The notes: a model not told the origin generated them from the letters alone. Shown: positions 28,286-39,639, numbered from the stretch's first letter. The stretch is 64,000 bases of DNA from Nocardioides sp. (GCA_025924815.1 JAICHQ010000002.1:13801-77800); one strand, 5' to 3'. Program-made: numbers and translations.

Positions 28286-28316
28286 CGAGAGCCCCGCTGT
28301 CACGGCGGGGCTCTCG
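28286..28316 (+). terminator. Intrinsic terminator-like hairpin after csbD
   Basis: CGAGAGCCCCGC-N7-GCGGGGCTCTCG, 12-bp stem. Confidence 0.8.
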
Positions 28317-28337
28317 TGTCTCCCTAGGCTGGTGGCC

Positions 28338-29036
28338 GTGATCGGTGGCGTGGTGCGCGGCCTTCGCCACACCCTGTGGGACCGGGTGCCCCGCGACCAT
28401 CGCGAGTCCGACGAGGCTCTGCGCCGCCGGCAGTGGGTCACCGGCGTGGTGGTCGTGGTCGGCGCCGTCGTCCTCGGGCTCTCCCTGCGGATCGAGCCGG
28501 GCAGTGGCTGGTTCTACCCGGCGACGCTCGGGCTGGCGCTGGTCTGGGTCGTCGGCGCCTTCGCCTCGGGCCCGCTCCACCTCGGCCGCACCCTGCGCGG
28601 CGAGGAGTCCGGGCCGCGGCCGGTCCTGGCGCCGCTGGTGTACGGCGCGCTGCTCGCCGTCGTGTTCGTCGCGGGGGCGCTGGTGGTGCGGCAGATCCCG
28701 TGGCTGGACGCCCAGGTGCGCCACGTGCTCGACCATGCCGACCAGGGGTCGATCCCGCTGCTGATAGTGGTGACCGCGATCAACGGGGTCGCGGAGGAGC
28801 TGTTCTTCCGGGGGGCGCTCTACGCGGCCACCCCGCGCCACCCGGTCGCGGTGACCACGGCGGCGTACACCCTCGCCACCGTGGCCACGGGCAACGTGAT
28901 GCTGGTCTTCGCCGCGGTGCTCCTCGGCGCCCTGGTCGGTCTCGAACGCCGCGCCACCGGCGGGATCCAGGCCCCGGTCATCACCCACGTGGTCTGGTCG
29001 GTGGCGATGCTCGTCGCCCTTCCCGCGTTCTTCTGA
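28338..29036 (+). CDS. CPBP (Abi/CAAX) intramembrane metalloprotease
   Basis: EELFFRG, TH motif, multiple TM segments. TAGGCT -10 before GTG. Confidence 0.88.
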   Translation: MIGGVVRGLRHTLWDRVPRDHRESDEALRRRQWVTGVVVVVGAVVLGLSLRIEPGSGWFYPATLGLALVWVVGAFASGPLHLGRTLRGEESGPRPVLAPLVYGALLAVVFVAGALVVRQIPWLDAQVRHVLDHADQGSIPLLIVVTAINGVAEELFFRGALYAATPRHPVAVTTAAYTLATVATGNVMLVFAAVLLGALVGLERRATGGIQAPVITHVVWSVAMLVALPAFF

Positions 29037-29051
29037 CGCGGCTGCCCCGGC

Positions 29052-29990
29052 TCAACGGGTCTCGGTCTCCTCGAGGGCGCGGCGGACGGCCTCGGCGTAG
29101 GAGAGGGGCTCACCGGGGACGATCTCCTCGATGCTCCGGTCGCTGACGACGACCTCGGTCCCCATGGAGTCGATCAGGTTGCGGCCGGTGGTGACGTCGA
29201 CGTCGGTGACGAGCGAGAGCCAGTACGACGACAGCCGCGGGGTCAGGACGGGCACCTTCACGATCGGCACCCGGTGTCCCCGGGCGACCTCGGAGGCGAT
29301 CTCGAGCATCCGGAGGTAGGTCAGCTGCTCGGGGCCGCCGATCTCGAAGACGCGGCCGAGCGCCCGGGGCTCGTCGGCGACGCCCACGAGGTAGCGGATG
29401 ACGTCGTCGACGGCGATTGGCTGGGTCCGGGTGTCGACCCATCGTGGCACCAGCATCGCCGGCAGGTTCTTGACCAGCTGGCGGGTGAGCTCCCAGGAGA
29501 TCCCGCCCCTCCCGACCACGATCCCCGCCCGCAGCACCGTGACCGGCACACCGCCGCCGCCGAGGAGCCCCTCGACCTCCCGTCGCGACCGCAGGTGCGC
29601 CGACAGGTCGGAGTCCTCGGCGCCCAGGCCGCCGAGGTAGACGATCTGGCGTACGCCGGCCTCCGCTGCGGCCGTGCCGAACGTGCGTGCCGCGCGGGCG
29701 TCCCGGTCCTCGAAGTCGTCGGCGTCGAGGGAGTGGACGAGGTAGTAGACGACGGCCACACCGTCCAGGGCCGGGCCCAGGGTCGCCCCGTCGTGAACGT
29801 CGCCGCCCACGGCCGTCCCGGGCGCGTCGTACTCCGCGGGGCGGCGGGTCATCGCGCGTACGTCGTACCCCTCGGCCACGAGCGCGGGGACGAGTCGGCT
29901 GCCGACGAAGCCGGTCGCGCCGGTGACCAGGATGCGGGTGGGCTCCACGTCGGGATCCGTACCCCCGCTGCGCGCTGCCGACACCGTCAC
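29052..29990 (-). CDS. NAD(P)-binding atypical SDR / epimerase (YbjT-like)
   Basis: LVTGATGFVG, YYLVHS, YLGGLG, HLRSR.EVE. Confidence 0.88.
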   Translation of the reverse strand: MTVSAARSGGTDPDVEPTRILVTGATGFVGSRLVPALVAEGYDVRAMTRRPAEYDAPGTAVGGDVHDGATLGPALDGVAVVYYLVHSLDADDFEDRDARAARTFGTAAAEAGVRQIVYLGGLGAEDSDLSAHLRSRREVEGLLGGGGVPVTVLRAGIVVGRGGISWELTRQLVKNLPAMLVPRWVDTRTQPIAVDDVIRYLVGVADEPRALGRVFEIGGPEQLTYLRMLEIASEVARGHRVPIVKVPVLTPRLSSYWLSLVTDVDVTTGRNLIDSMGTEVVVSDRSIEEIVPGEPLSYAEAVRRALEETETR

Positions 29991-30724
29991 CGGGCTCGTT
30001 TGGCGATGTTGGCGCGGCGGGTCGCGTCCATGCCGGCCTCGTAGGCCTGCACGAGCGACGCGATCGACAACGGCTTGAGCCGCTCGACCACGTCCTGGAT
30101 CTTCTCCGGTGAGACGCCCTGCTCCTTGTAGACCGGCCAGACCTTGGTCCGGAACAGCTCGTACAGCTCCTCGGCGATCGCGCGCCCGTGCGCGGCGTAC
30201 ACCTCGGCCGCCGCGCGGGCCGCCTCGATCGGGTAGCCGAGGTCGAGCAGGCCGAGCCCGACGCCGAGCTGCGACCGCGACACCAGGAACCGCGCGCGCG
30301 GCGCCGTCCGCAGGACGCCCAGGGCCTCGAGCGTCTCGACGTCGGCGTCGGCGAGACGCCGGCCGGCCAGTCGCTCGAGCTCGGTGCGCGAGAGCTCCTC
30401 CCACGAGTCGGCCATCCAGGGCGCCAGCATCGTCCGGTGCAGGGCGATGTCCTCGGGGGAGGCGTTCGCGGGGATGCCGGCCAGGTACCTCTCGATGGCC
30501 GAGAGCGTGAAGCCGTGCCCCTGGAGCTCCTGCACGAGCTGGAGCCGCGCGATGTGGTCGGCGCTGTAGTAGCCGCTACGTCCGCGCCGGATGGGCGGCG
30601 GCACCAGTCCCTTGGCGGTGTAGAAGCGCACGTTGCGGACGCTCATCCCGACCCGGTCGGTCAGCTCCTCGAGCGTGACCAGCGTGACCGTTCCCACAGC
30701 GAGCTCGTCCTCCTTGACGACCAT
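29987..30724 (-). CDS. MerR family regulator divergent from fadA
   Basis: TLEELTDRVGMSVRNVRFY..KGLVPP. Confidence 0.9.
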   Translation of the reverse strand: MVVKEDELAVGTVTLVTLEELTDRVGMSVRNVRFYTAKGLVPPPIRRGRSGYYSADHIARLQLVQELQGHGFTLSAIERYLAGIPANASPEDIALHRTMLAPWMADSWEELSRTELERLAGRRLADADVETLEALGVLRTAPRARFLVSRSQLGVGLGLLDLGYPIEAARAAAEVYAAHGRAIAEELYELFRTKVWPVYKEQGVSPEKIQDVVERLKPLSIASLVQAYEAGMDATRRANIAKRAR

Positions 30725-30740
30725 GACAGTAAGAGTGTCA
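30724..30740. promoter_or_regulatory. TGACA-N7-TGTCA inverted repeat, probable MerR-type operator of fadAB
   Basis: In the 26-bp gap between divergent start codons. Confidence 0.55.
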
Positions 30741-30750
30741 CAATCGAGGT

Positions 30751-31971
30751 ATGGCTGCACCTGCGGAAGCATTCCTGTTCGACCACCTGCGTACGCCGCG
30801 CGGCAAGGGCAAGGCGGTGGGCTCGCTCCACGAGGTCAAGCCGGTCGACCTGATCGTCGGGCTGCTGCGCGAGATCCAGGTGCGCAACCCGTCGTTGGAC
30901 ACCGGGCGCGTCGACGACGTGGTGCTGGGCGTGGTCACCCCGATCGGCGAGCAGGGCGGCGACATCGCCAAGACCGCCGCGCTCGTGGCCGGCTACCCCG
31001 AGACCGTGGCGGGCGTGCAGCTCAACCGCTTCTGCGCCTCGGGTCTGGAGGCCGTCAACCAGGCCGCGGCCCGCGTCCGTAGCGGCTTCGAGGACCTGAT
31101 CCTGGCCGGCGGGGTCGAGTCGATGAGCCGGGTGCCGATGGGCTCCGACGGCGGCGCCTGGGCGGCCGACCCGGCGACCGCCCTCACCACCGGCTTCGTG
31201 CCCCAGGGCATCGGCGCCGACCTGATCGCCACCCTCGAGGGCTGGAGCCGCGAGGACGTCGACGCCTACGCCGCCGAGTCCCACCACCGCGCCGCCAAGG
31301 CCTGGGCCAACGGCTACTTCGCCGATGCCGTCGTCCCGGTCACCGACGTCAACGGCGTCACGGTGCTGGACCACGACGAGCTGATCCGCCCCGACACCTC
31401 CGTGGAGGGGCTGGCCGCGCTCAAGCCGAGCTTCGCCTCGCTCGGGAAGGACGCGGGCTTCGACGACGTGGCGCTGGAGAAGTACCACTGGGTGGAGCGC
31501 ATCGACCACGTCCACCACGCCGGGAACTCCTCCGGGATCGTCGACGGTGCCGCACTCGTGGCGATCGGCTCCGAACAGGCCGGGACCGACGTCGGCCTGA
31601 CCCCCCGCGCCCGGATCGTGATGACCGCCGTGTCCGGCGCCGACCCCACGATCATGCTGACCGGTCCGGCCCCCGCCGCGCGCAAGGCGCTCGCCAAGGC
31701 CGGGCTCGAGGTCGGCGACATCGACCTGTGGGAGATGAACGAGGCGTTCGCCGCCGTCGCGATGCGCTTCATGAGGGACATGGGCATCACCCACGAGGTC
31801 ACCAACGTCAACGGCGGGGCGATCGCCATGGGCCACCCGCTGGGCGCCACCGGCGCGATGCTGCTCGGCACCCTGGTCGACGAGCTGCGCCGGCGCGACC
31901 TGCGCCGCGGCCTCGCCACGCTCTGCATCGGCGGCGGGATGGGCGTCGCCACGATCGTCGAGCTCGTCTGA
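30751..31971 (+). CDS. fadA: Acetyl-CoA C-acyltransferase (thiolase)
   Basis: [27 protein letters not shown]. Confidence 0.95.
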   Translation: MAAPAEAFLFDHLRTPRGKGKAVGSLHEVKPVDLIVGLLREIQVRNPSLDTGRVDDVVLGVVTPIGEQGGDIAKTAALVAGYPETVAGVQLNRFCASGLEAVNQAAARVRSGFEDLILAGGVESMSRVPMGSDGGAWAADPATALTTGFVPQGIGADLIATLEGWSREDVDAYAAESHHRAAKAWANGYFADAVVPVTDVNGVTVLDHDELIRPDTSVEGLAALKPSFASLGKDAGFDDVALEKYHWVERIDHVHHAGNSSGIVDGAALVAIGSEQAGTDVGLTPRARIVMTAVSGADPTIMLTGPAPAARKALAKAGLEVGDIDLWEMNEAFAAVAMRFMRDMGITHEVTNVNGGAIAMGHPLGATGAMLLGTLVDELRRRDLRRGLATLCIGGGMGVATIVELV

Positions 31972-31999
31972 ATACCTCCAGCAGAAGGACTGATCACAG

Positions 32000-34237
32000 A
32001 TGACCGACCTGGTCTCGACAAGCTCGACCGACGCGGCGCACTCGACCGAGGAGGGCACCGCGGTCCGCTACGAGCGCGACGCCGACGGGATCGTCACCCT
32101 CACCCTCGACGACCCCACCGCGAGTGCCAACACCATGAACGAGCTCTACCAGCGGTCGATGCACGCCGCGGTGGAGCGGCTGTACGACGGGCTCGACGAC
32201 CTCACGGGCGTCGTGGTGACCAGCGCCAAGAAGACCTTCTTCGCCGGCGGCAACCTGGGGCTGATGATGCAGGCGACGCCCGATGACGCCGCGACCGTCT
32301 TCGCCGGGATGGAGGCGATCAAGGCCGACCTGCGCCGACTCGAGAAGCTGCCGCGGCCGGTGGTCGCCGCCATCAACGGCGCGGCCCTCGGCGGAGGCTA
32401 CGAGATCACGCTGGCCTGCCGGCATCGCCTCCTCGTCGACGACCCGGCTGCGGTCGTCGGGCTGCCCGAAGCCACCCTGGGCCTCCTGCCCGGCGGCGGT
32501 GGCGTGACCCGCACCGTGCGGATGTTCGGCATCCAGTCCGCCCTCATGGACGTGCTGCTTCCCGGCACCCGCTTCAAGCCCGCCGAGGCCAAGGCGAAGG
32601 GGCTGGTCGACGACCTCGTCCCCACGCGCGACGAGCTGGTCCCGGCGGCCAAGGCCTGGATCCGCGACCACCCGGACGAGACCTCCAACCCGTGGGACCG
32701 AGAGGGCTACCGGATGCCCGGAGGCACGCCCCAGTCACCCGAGCTGGCGGCGTTCCTGCCGGCGTTCCCGGCGCTGCTGCGCCAGCAGACCAAGGGCGCG
32801 GTCTACCCGGCGCAGCGCGCGATCCTGTCAGCCGCCGTCGAGGGCGCCGGCGTGGACTTCGAGACCGCGAGTCGGATCGAGAGCCGCTACCTGACCAAGC
32901 TCATCGTCGGTCAGAACTTCAAGAACATGACGCAGGCCTTCTTCTTCGATCTCCAGGCGATCAACAAGCTGCGTCCGGAGGCTCCGCGGTTCACCGCCAC
33001 CAAGGTGGGCGTCCTCGGCGCCGGGATGATGGGCGCCGGGATCGCCTACTCCTGCGCGCGTGCCGGGATGCAGGTCGTGCTCAAGGACGTCTCGCCGGAG
33101 GCGGCCGAGCGCGGCAAGGGGTACAGCGAGAGGCTCAACGCCAAGGGCATCGAGCGCGGCAAGCTGACCCAGGAGAAGGCCGACGCGCTGCTGGCCCGCA
33201 TCGCGCCGACCGCGGACCCGGCCGACCTGGCCGGCTGTGACCTGGTGATCGAGGCCGTCTTCGAGGACCCCACCCTCAAGCACCAGGTGTTCGCGGAGGT
33301 GCTGCCGCACGTGAACCCCGACGCCTTGCTGTCCTCCAACACCTCGACCCTGCCGATCACCGAGCTGGCGACGGCCGTCGACCGGCCCGGGGACTTCATC
33401 GGCCTGCACTTCTTCAGCCCGGTCGACAAGATGCCGCTGGTCGAGATCATCAAGGGCGAGCAGACCTCCGAAGCCGCGCTGGCCAAGGCCTACGACGTGG
33501 TGCTGCAGATCCGCAAGACCCCGATCGTGGTCAACGACAGCCGTGGCTTCTACACCTCGCGCGTCATCGGCACGATGGTCAACGAGGGCCTGGCGATGCT
33601 CGCCGAGGGCGTCCCGCCGATGTCCCTGGAGCGGGCGGCGCTGCAGGACGGCTACCCGGTCGGGCCGCTCCAGCTCAGCGACGAGCTGAACATGGAGCTG
33701 ATGGCCAAGATCGCCCAGGCCACGCGCGACGCTGCCGAGCGCGAGGGCACGCCGTACGACGAGCACCCCGGCGGCGCCGTGGTGTCCACGATGATCGACC
33801 TGGGGCGTCCGTCGCGTTTGAAGGGGGCCGGGTTCTACGACTACGAGGACGGTCGGCGTACTCACCTGTGGCCCGGCCTGGCAGAGGTCTTCCCGGTCGC
33901 GCAGACGCAGATCCCCTTCGCCGACGTCAAGGATCGGATGATGTTCATCGAGGCCCTCGAGACCGCAGCCTGCTTCGAGGAGGGCGTCATCGAGTCCGCC
34001 GCCGCCGCCAACATCGGCTCGATCATGGGGATCGGCTTCCCGGCCAACTCCGGCGGTGCCGCGCAGTTCATGACCGGCTACCAGGCCGTCGACGAGCACG
34101 GCGAGGGAGTCGGCCCGATCGGGCTGGACGCGTTCTTGGAGCGCGCCGAGGAGCTCGCCGACCGGTACGGCGAGCGGTTCCGTCCCACGGCGTACCTCCG
34201 CGACCTGGCGGCGAAGGGTGAGCGCTTCCCGGCCTGA
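32000..34237 (+). CDS. fadB: Fatty-acid oxidation multifunctional enzyme (enoyl-CoA hydratase / 3-hydroxyacyl-CoA dehydrogenase)
   Basis: [36 protein letters not shown]. Confidence 0.95.
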   Translation: MTDLVSTSSTDAAHSTEEGTAVRYERDADGIVTLTLDDPTASANTMNELYQRSMHAAVERLYDGLDDLTGVVVTSAKKTFFAGGNLGLMMQATPDDAATVFAGMEAIKADLRRLEKLPRPVVAAINGAALGGGYEITLACRHRLLVDDPAAVVGLPEATLGLLPGGGGVTRTVRMFGIQSALMDVLLPGTRFKPAEAKAKGLVDDLVPTRDELVPAAKAWIRDHPDETSNPWDREGYRMPGGTPQSPELAAFLPAFPALLRQQTKGAVYPAQRAILSAAVEGAGVDFETASRIESRYLTKLIVGQNFKNMTQAFFFDLQAINKLRPEAPRFTATKVGVLGAGMMGAGIAYSCARAGMQVVLKDVSPEAAERGKGYSERLNAKGIERGKLTQEKADALLARIAPTADPADLAGCDLVIEAVFEDPTLKHQVFAEVLPHVNPDALLSSNTSTLPITELATAVDRPGDFIGLHFFSPVDKMPLVEIIKGEQTSEAALAKAYDVVLQIRKTPIVVNDSRGFYTSRVIGTMVNEGLAMLAEGVPPMSLERAALQDGYPVGPLQLSDELNMELMAKIAQATRDAAEREGTPYDEHPGGAVVSTMIDLGRPSRLKGAGFYDYEDGRRTHLWPGLAEVFPVAQTQIPFADVKDRMMFIEALETAACFEEGVIESAAAANIGSIMGIGFPANSGGAAQFMTGYQAVDEHGEGVGPIGLDAFLERAEELADRYGERFRPTAYLRDLAAKGERFPA
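32011..32033 (+). repeat. REP-like motif GGTCTCGACAAGCTCGACCGACG inside the 5' end of fadB
   Basis: 21/23 identical to the copy at 49845-49867. Confidence 0.65.
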
Positions 34238-34295
34238 GGCATCACCATGTCGAGACGCATCCGCTCCCGCGCTGCGCATGCGACAGGATCCAGGG

Positions 34296-35525
34296 ATGAA
34301 CGTGGTCGTCGTCGGGGCCGGGCTCGCGGGTCTGACGGCGGCGTGGTCCCTGCACCGGTCGGGTGTCGAGGTCAGGGTGCTCGAGGCGAGAGACCGGGTC
34401 GGGGGTCGGGCGTTCTCCCACACCTTGGACAACGGTGCCGTGGTCGAACGAGGTGGTGAGTTCATCGAGATCGACCACCACGCGATCCGTGGGCTGTGCG
34501 CCGAGCTCTCCATCCCGCTGATCCCGCACGGGGTCACCTTCCACCGCAGGCCCATCGATGGCGAGACCCCCACGGCAGCCGAGATCCAGGCCGCGATGGC
34601 CGAGGTGACTCGCTACTCCCGGAGCCGCCTGGCCCGTCACGGGGCAGACTTCGCCGTCGACGAGGCCTTCGCCTCGGCCCTGGGCTCGTCGTTCCGATCC
34701 CAGCCGGCCTACAGGCGCTTCGTGACGTCGCTGGCTGCGGACCCGGCGGAGGCGAGTGCGCGCCACGGCCTGCTGGATGCCGATCAGGTGCCCTTCGAGC
34801 ACGCGGCGAGGGCCCGGGGAGGCAACCAGCGCATCGCGACGGAGCTGTGGTCGCGCCTCGAGCCCAGTGTGGAGCTCGGGTCGGCAGCGGTGGGGGTCGC
34901 CACGGACAGCGGGCGCGTCGTCATCGCGCGCAGCGACGGGTCGGAGCTCGCCGCGGACGCAGCAGTCCTCGCCGTACCGATGCCGCTGCTGAGCTCGATC
35001 GACTGGCGGCACGGGCTGCCGGAGCCGTGGGCACGGGCACTGGATCAGCTCGGCTTCGGGCATGCCGCGAAGCTCTCGGCCGGCCTGATCGCCGGTGCGC
35101 CTCCACGGGCGCAGCAGGCCTCGCAGGCCTCCTGGTGGTCGTGGAACTCGATGGACGAGACCGCGACCACGAGCGTTCGGGCGGTCAGCGCGTTCGCGGG
35201 CGGAAGCGCTGTCCAGGAGTCGCTGAACCTCGATGGTGGTGCGCCCAGCTGGATCGACCAGCTGGAACGGCAACGTCCGGATCTCTCCCTCGAGCCCGGC
35301 TCGGCGTTGGTCACCCGATGGGACGGCGAACCCTGGACCCGCGGCGCCTACTCCTACGGACGCGTGGGCTGGGAGGCGGACGTCGACGAGGCGCTACGCC
35401 GACCGCAGGGAGCGCTGGTGCTCGCGGGCGAGCACACGGCGGGCACCCTCGCCGGCACCCTCAACGGTGCCGTCGCCAGCGGGAACCGGGCCGCGGCCGA
35501 CGTACGACGCCTCCTGTCCCTCTGA
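34296..35525 (+). CDS. Flavin monoamine oxidase family protein
   Basis: GAGLAGL, EARDRVGGR, W..EPWTRGAYS, AGEHT, GAV.SG.RAA. Confidence 0.88.
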   Translation: MNVVVVGAGLAGLTAAWSLHRSGVEVRVLEARDRVGGRAFSHTLDNGAVVERGGEFIEIDHHAIRGLCAELSIPLIPHGVTFHRRPIDGETPTAAEIQAAMAEVTRYSRSRLARHGADFAVDEAFASALGSSFRSQPAYRRFVTSLAADPAEASARHGLLDADQVPFEHAARARGGNQRIATELWSRLEPSVELGSAAVGVATDSGRVVIARSDGSELAADAAVLAVPMPLLSSIDWRHGLPEPWARALDQLGFGHAAKLSAGLIAGAPPRAQQASQASWWSWNSMDETATTSVRAVSAFAGGSAVQESLNLDGGAPSWIDQLERQRPDLSLEPGSALVTRWDGEPWTRGAYSYGRVGWEADVDEALRRPQGALVLAGEHTAGTLAGTLNGAVASGNRAAADVRRLLSL

Positions 35526-35574
35526 TCGGCAGCCTGCGCCGCCAGCGGGCCCGCCGTGGCCCTAGCCTGCTCGC

Positions 35575-35913
35575 ATGTCGCACTACGAGGACGTCCTGCC
35601 CGGCGACGTCGACGCGCTGGTCGCGCACCTGGACCGGGCGATCCCGGGTGGCAGCGTCACCGCGAAGCTCGAGGACGGGTCCGACCACACCCTGGGCGAC
35701 GCCCGCATGGTGGTCCGCGTCTACGAGCGCTACAGCGCGCTCGGCGGCAACCGGGTGAGCCTGACCGTCAGCATCCTGGCCGTCGCCCGGCAGATGGCGG
35801 TCACGATGATCAGCTCAGGTGGGAGCCAGGCCTTGTTCTTCAAGGTGAACACGTTCGGCGAGAAGGCGTTCCTCGACCGCGGCCTCGATGCCCTGCAGGG
35901 CTACCGCGGCTGA
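35575..35913 (+). CDS. Small conserved protein (DUF6054-like)
   Basis: VRVYERYS..GGNRVSL...SGGSQA.FFKVNTFGE. TAGCCT -10. Confidence 0.7.
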   Translation: MSHYEDVLPGDVDALVAHLDRAIPGGSVTAKLEDGSDHTLGDARMVVRVYERYSALGGNRVSLTVSILAVARQMAVTMISSGGSQALFFKVNTFGEKAFLDRGLDALQGYRG

Positions 35914-36011
35914 TCCCGACGACCCACTGAGCGTCGGGCCCCGTGGCCCGGATGGATGAAGTTTTTACCGTTTCGGTGTCAGATCGCGGAGAGGTTGAGA
36001 GGATTCTCCGC

Positions 36012-36722
36012 GTGAGCCAACCCCCCGTCGTAGACGTGCGCAGCCTGCACGTGCGTTTCGGTGAGGTCGAGGCCGTGGCCGGCATCGACCTCGAGGCGTA
36101 CGCCGGGCAGGCCACGGCCCTGCTCGGCCGCAACGGCGCCGGCAAGTCGACCACGATGCGGGTGCTCGCCGGCGTCGTACCGCCGACCGCCGGCACGGTG
36201 ACGATCGCGGGGCTCGACATCCGCAAGGACACGCTCGCGATCAAGCAGCTCACCGGCTACTGCCCCGACGTCGGCGGCCTCGTGCCCCGGGCGACGCCGT
36301 GGGAGCACCTGCAGCTGAGCGCCCGGCTCCGCCGCCTCGACGGCTGGGAGGAACGTGGCCGCGACCTGCTGGAGCGGTTCGAGCTCGGCGACGTGATGAA
36401 CCGGGTGACCGGTGGCTTCTCCCACGGCATGGGGCGGCGGCTGTCGGTCGTGCTGGCTGCGATGCACCAGCCCCAGGTCCTCCTGCTGGACGAGCCGTTC
36501 GACGGCGTCGACCCGATCGGCGTCGAGGCGACGTTCGAGATCATCGCCGACGCCCGTGCGCGCGGAGCCACGATCCTGCTCTCGACCCACCTGCGCGACC
36601 TCGCGGTGCAGGCGTGCGGCACGGCCCTGGTGCTGCGTGGCGGATCGCGGGTCGCTGCGGTCGACGCCGGGGAGATGTCCGGCGAGGAGGGGGCCCGTGC
36701 CTACCGCGCTCTCCTCGACTGA
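36012..36722 (+). CDS. ABC transporter ATP-binding protein
   Basis: GRNGAGKST, FSHGM signature variant, LLDEP, STH. Confidence 0.9.
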   Translation: MSQPPVVDVRSLHVRFGEVEAVAGIDLEAYAGQATALLGRNGAGKSTTMRVLAGVVPPTAGTVTIAGLDIRKDTLAIKQLTGYCPDVGGLVPRATPWEHLQLSARLRRLDGWEERGRDLLERFELGDVMNRVTGGFSHGMGRRLSVVLAAMHQPQVLLLDEPFDGVDPIGVEATFEIIADARARGATILLSTHLRDLAVQACGTALVLRGGSRVAAVDAGEMSGEEGARAYRALLD

Positions 36723-38274
36723 CGACGGCATCGACCACGGCCCCACCACCGGCGACCGGAGGCCCGGTTACGTGGCCGCCGCGCGCCGCGCGCTCGGTGA
36801 CGTGGCCATCCTCTTCTGGTTCCGTCGGCAGGGCGTACGCCGGCGGCACCTGGCACGGGTGCTGTCGCTGGTGTTCCTGGCGATCACCCTCAGCGCGGCG
36901 ATCGTGCCGGCCTTCCTGCCGGGAGCCCGGGGCGCCGGCAGGGCCTTCGACATCCTGCTCCTGGTGCCCTCGGGCATGGCCGGGATCCTGCTGCTGAACA
37001 TGGCCTCGGCCATCGCGTCCGGCGGCGGACGGGAGCTGATCTCGCGCGACCAGGCGTCGCCGTACCCGATCAGCCCCACCACCGACCACCTCGGCGCGCT
37101 GCTGCTGGCCCCGCTCAACATCGCCTGGATGATCCAGGCCTGGATCCTGCTCGGTTCCGTCGCCTACGTCGCCCCGCTGGACAAGCTCGCCCTGGCTCAG
37201 GTGATCGTCGTGCTCTGGCTGGTCTTCAGCACGGCGTGCGGCCAGGTCGTCGCGTGGGCGATGGAGGCGATCCGGCGCGGACCGCGTGGCATCGCCATCA
37301 CCCGATCCCTGCTGGTCGCGCTGGGCCTGGGGGCCGGCGCGGTGCAGCTAGCGGGCCGGACCGGCCCGCTGCTCGACCGCGTGCCCACGGTGTGGTTCGT
37401 CGTCGGAGCCCTCAGCGGCCTGACCTGGCGCTGGGCGCTGACGGCCGCGGTGCTCGTCGTGGGCTCCGTCGTCGCGATCGCGATGGGTGCCGTTCCCGCC
37501 CACCTGGCGGCCAGGCGGATGCCGCGTGACGAGCAGCGCATGGAGACCGACCAGCACGAGCCGCGGCCGATGCCCCGTTCGGTGCTCGGGATCCTGATCC
37601 GCACCGACCGGGCGTCGGTGTGGCGCTCGGTGCCGATGCGCCGCGGCGTGCTGGTCCTCGCGGTCGGGCCCGGCCTGGTGGCGCTGTTCGGCAACCTGCA
37701 GTGGTCGGAGATGACGATCCTGCCGGGGCTGGTGGCCTCCGGTGGTGCGTTGCTGTTCGGGGTGAACGCCTGGTGCCTCGACGGTCGCGGCGCGTTGTGG
37801 CGCGAGAACCTCCCGACGTCCCCGACGGTCCTGTTCGACGCGCGCACCGTGGTGCTCGCCGAGTTCCTCGGTGTGGCCTCGATGATCACGGTGCTGGTGG
37901 GTGCGCTGCGCGCCGGCATCCCCACCTCCTACGAGCTCGCGGCCCTGGTCGCGACCCTGGTCGTGGTCACCCTCCAGGTGGTCGGGGGATCCCTGCGCTG
38001 GTCGCTGAAGCACCCCTACCCCGTCGACCTCCGGTCGGCCCGCGCCACTCCCGCCCCACCGGCGGCGATGGTCGGGTACTCGGCCCGGCTGGCGACCAGT
38101 ACGACGTTCACCGGGCTGCTCTTCTCGGGCAGCGCGCACGTCCCCGACTGGCGGCTCTCGCTGATCATCGCCATCCCGTGCCTGATGTGGTCGGCCACCC
38201 GCCTGCTCCGCACCCGGCACCGCTGGCAGGACCCGGTCGTCCGCGCCCGCGTGGTCAGCACCGTCGCCGCCTGA
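36697..38274 (+). CDS. Multi-pass membrane protein, probable ABC exporter permease
   Basis: About 12 hydrophobic segments; GAGGAGG RBS; overlaps the ATPase gene. Confidence 0.75.
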   Translation: MPTALSSTDDGIDHGPTTGDRRPGYVAAARRALGDVAILFWFRRQGVRRRHLARVLSLVFLAITLSAAIVPAFLPGARGAGRAFDILLLVPSGMAGILLLNMASAIASGGGRELISRDQASPYPISPTTDHLGALLLAPLNIAWMIQAWILLGSVAYVAPLDKLALAQVIVVLWLVFSTACGQVVAWAMEAIRRGPRGIAITRSLLVALGLGAGAVQLAGRTGPLLDRVPTVWFVVGALSGLTWRWALTAAVLVVGSVVAIAMGAVPAHLAARRMPRDEQRMETDQHEPRPMPRSVLGILIRTDRASVWRSVPMRRGVLVLAVGPGLVALFGNLQWSEMTILPGLVASGGALLFGVNAWCLDGRGALWRENLPTSPTVLFDARTVVLAEFLGVASMITVLVGALRAGIPTSYELAALVATLVVVTLQVVGGSLRWSLKHPYPVDLRSARATPAPPAAMVGYSARLATSTTFTGLLFSGSAHVPDWRLSLIIAIPCLMWSATRLLRTRHRWQDPVVRARVVSTVAA

Positions 38275-38303
38275 CCCACGTCGCCCGACACTAGGGTCGG
38301 GAC

Positions 38304-39587
38304 ATGGACTTCGCCCCGTCGCCCCGGGCCGCCGAGCTCACCGCCCGGGTGGCCGAGTTCATGGCGGCCGAGATCATCCCGGTCGAGGCCGGCTACCACC
38401 TCGACCTGGCCGAGGCGCGCCGTACCGGCGATCCCTGGACGCCGTTGCCGATCCTGGCCGAGCTGAGGTCCAAGGCCCGCGCGCAGGGGCTGTGGAACCT
38501 GTTCCTCCCCCGGGAGCACGCCGGGGAGTACGCCGCGCGGTTCGGCACCGACGGCGGCGAGGGGCTGACCAACGTCGACTACGCGCCGTTGGCCGAGCAG
38601 ATGGGCCGGTCGGCGATCGCGCCGCTGGTGTTCAACTGCAACGCGCCCGACACCGGCAACATGGAGGTGCTGCTGCGCTACGGGTCTCCTGAGCAGCGCG
38701 CGGAGTGGCTCGAGCCGCTGCTCGACGGGCGCATCCGCTCGGCGTTCGCGATGACCGAGCCCGAGGTGGCGTCGTCCGACGCGACCAACATGGCCGCGAC
38801 CTGCGTGGTCGAGGGCGACCAGATCGTGGTCAACGGCCGCAAGTGGTGGTCGACCGGCGTCGGCAACACCGAGTGCCGGATCCTGATCTTCATGGGGGTC
38901 ACCGACCCCGACGCCGACCGGCACCGCCGGCACTCGATGGTGCTGGTCCCGATCGACGCCCCGGGCGTGCGGGTCGAGCGGATGCTGCCCACCATGGGTC
39001 TGTACGACGAGCCGCTGGGGCATGGGGAGGTGTCCTTCGCCGACGTCCGTCTGCCGCTGTCGAACGTGATCTCCGGGCCCGGTGACGGTTTCGCGATCGC
39101 CCAGGGCCGGCTCGGGCCGGGCCGGATCCACCATTGCATGCGGCTGGTCGGGCTGGCCGAGCTCGCCCTGGAGCTGGCCTGCCGCCGCGGCCTCGAGCGC
39201 ACGGCGTTCGGCAAGCCGCTGGTGAGCCTCGGGGGCAACCGGGAGCGGATCGCGGACGCCAGGATCGCCATCGACCAGGCGCGGCTGCTGGTGCTCGACG
39301 CCGCGTGGAAGCTCGACCGGGGCGGGCCGGCACAGGCGCTCGGCGAGGTCTCCGCGATCAAGGTCGCGGTGCCGGCCATGGCCCAGCAGGTCATCGACAT
39401 GGCGCTGCAGCTGCACGGGGGCGGCGGCATGTCCGCCGACTTCCCCCTGGCGGCCGCCTTCGTCAGCGCGCGGTCGCTGCGGCTCGCGGACGGTCCCGAC
39501 GAGGTGCACCGGGGGATGGTGGCCCGGCTCGAGCTCGCCAAGCACCGCACGCCCGGACGGCTCGACAGCGGCAGCGGGAGCGGATAG
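38304..39587 (+). CDS. Acyl-CoA dehydrogenase (ACAD10/11-like subgroup)
   Basis: NCNAPDTGNMEVL, MTEP.VASSDATN, QGRLGPGRIHHCMR, LRLADGPDEVH. Confidence 0.93.
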   Translation: MDFAPSPRAAELTARVAEFMAAEIIPVEAGYHLDLAEARRTGDPWTPLPILAELRSKARAQGLWNLFLPREHAGEYAARFGTDGGEGLTNVDYAPLAEQMGRSAIAPLVFNCNAPDTGNMEVLLRYGSPEQRAEWLEPLLDGRIRSAFAMTEPEVASSDATNMAATCVVEGDQIVVNGRKWWSTGVGNTECRILIFMGVTDPDADRHRRHSMVLVPIDAPGVRVERMLPTMGLYDEPLGHGEVSFADVRLPLSNVISGPGDGFAIAQGRLGPGRIHHCMRLVGLAELALELACRRGLERTAFGKPLVSLGGNRERIADARIAIDQARLLVLDAAWKLDRGGPAQALGEVSAIKVAVPAMAQQVIDMALQLHGGGGMSADFPLAAAFVSARSLRLADGPDEVHRGMVARLELAKHRTPGRLDSGSGSG

Positions 39588-39639
39588 CGGTCCCGCGACA
39601 AACGCCCCGCCCCGGGCATCCCTGAGGCATCGTGGACCC

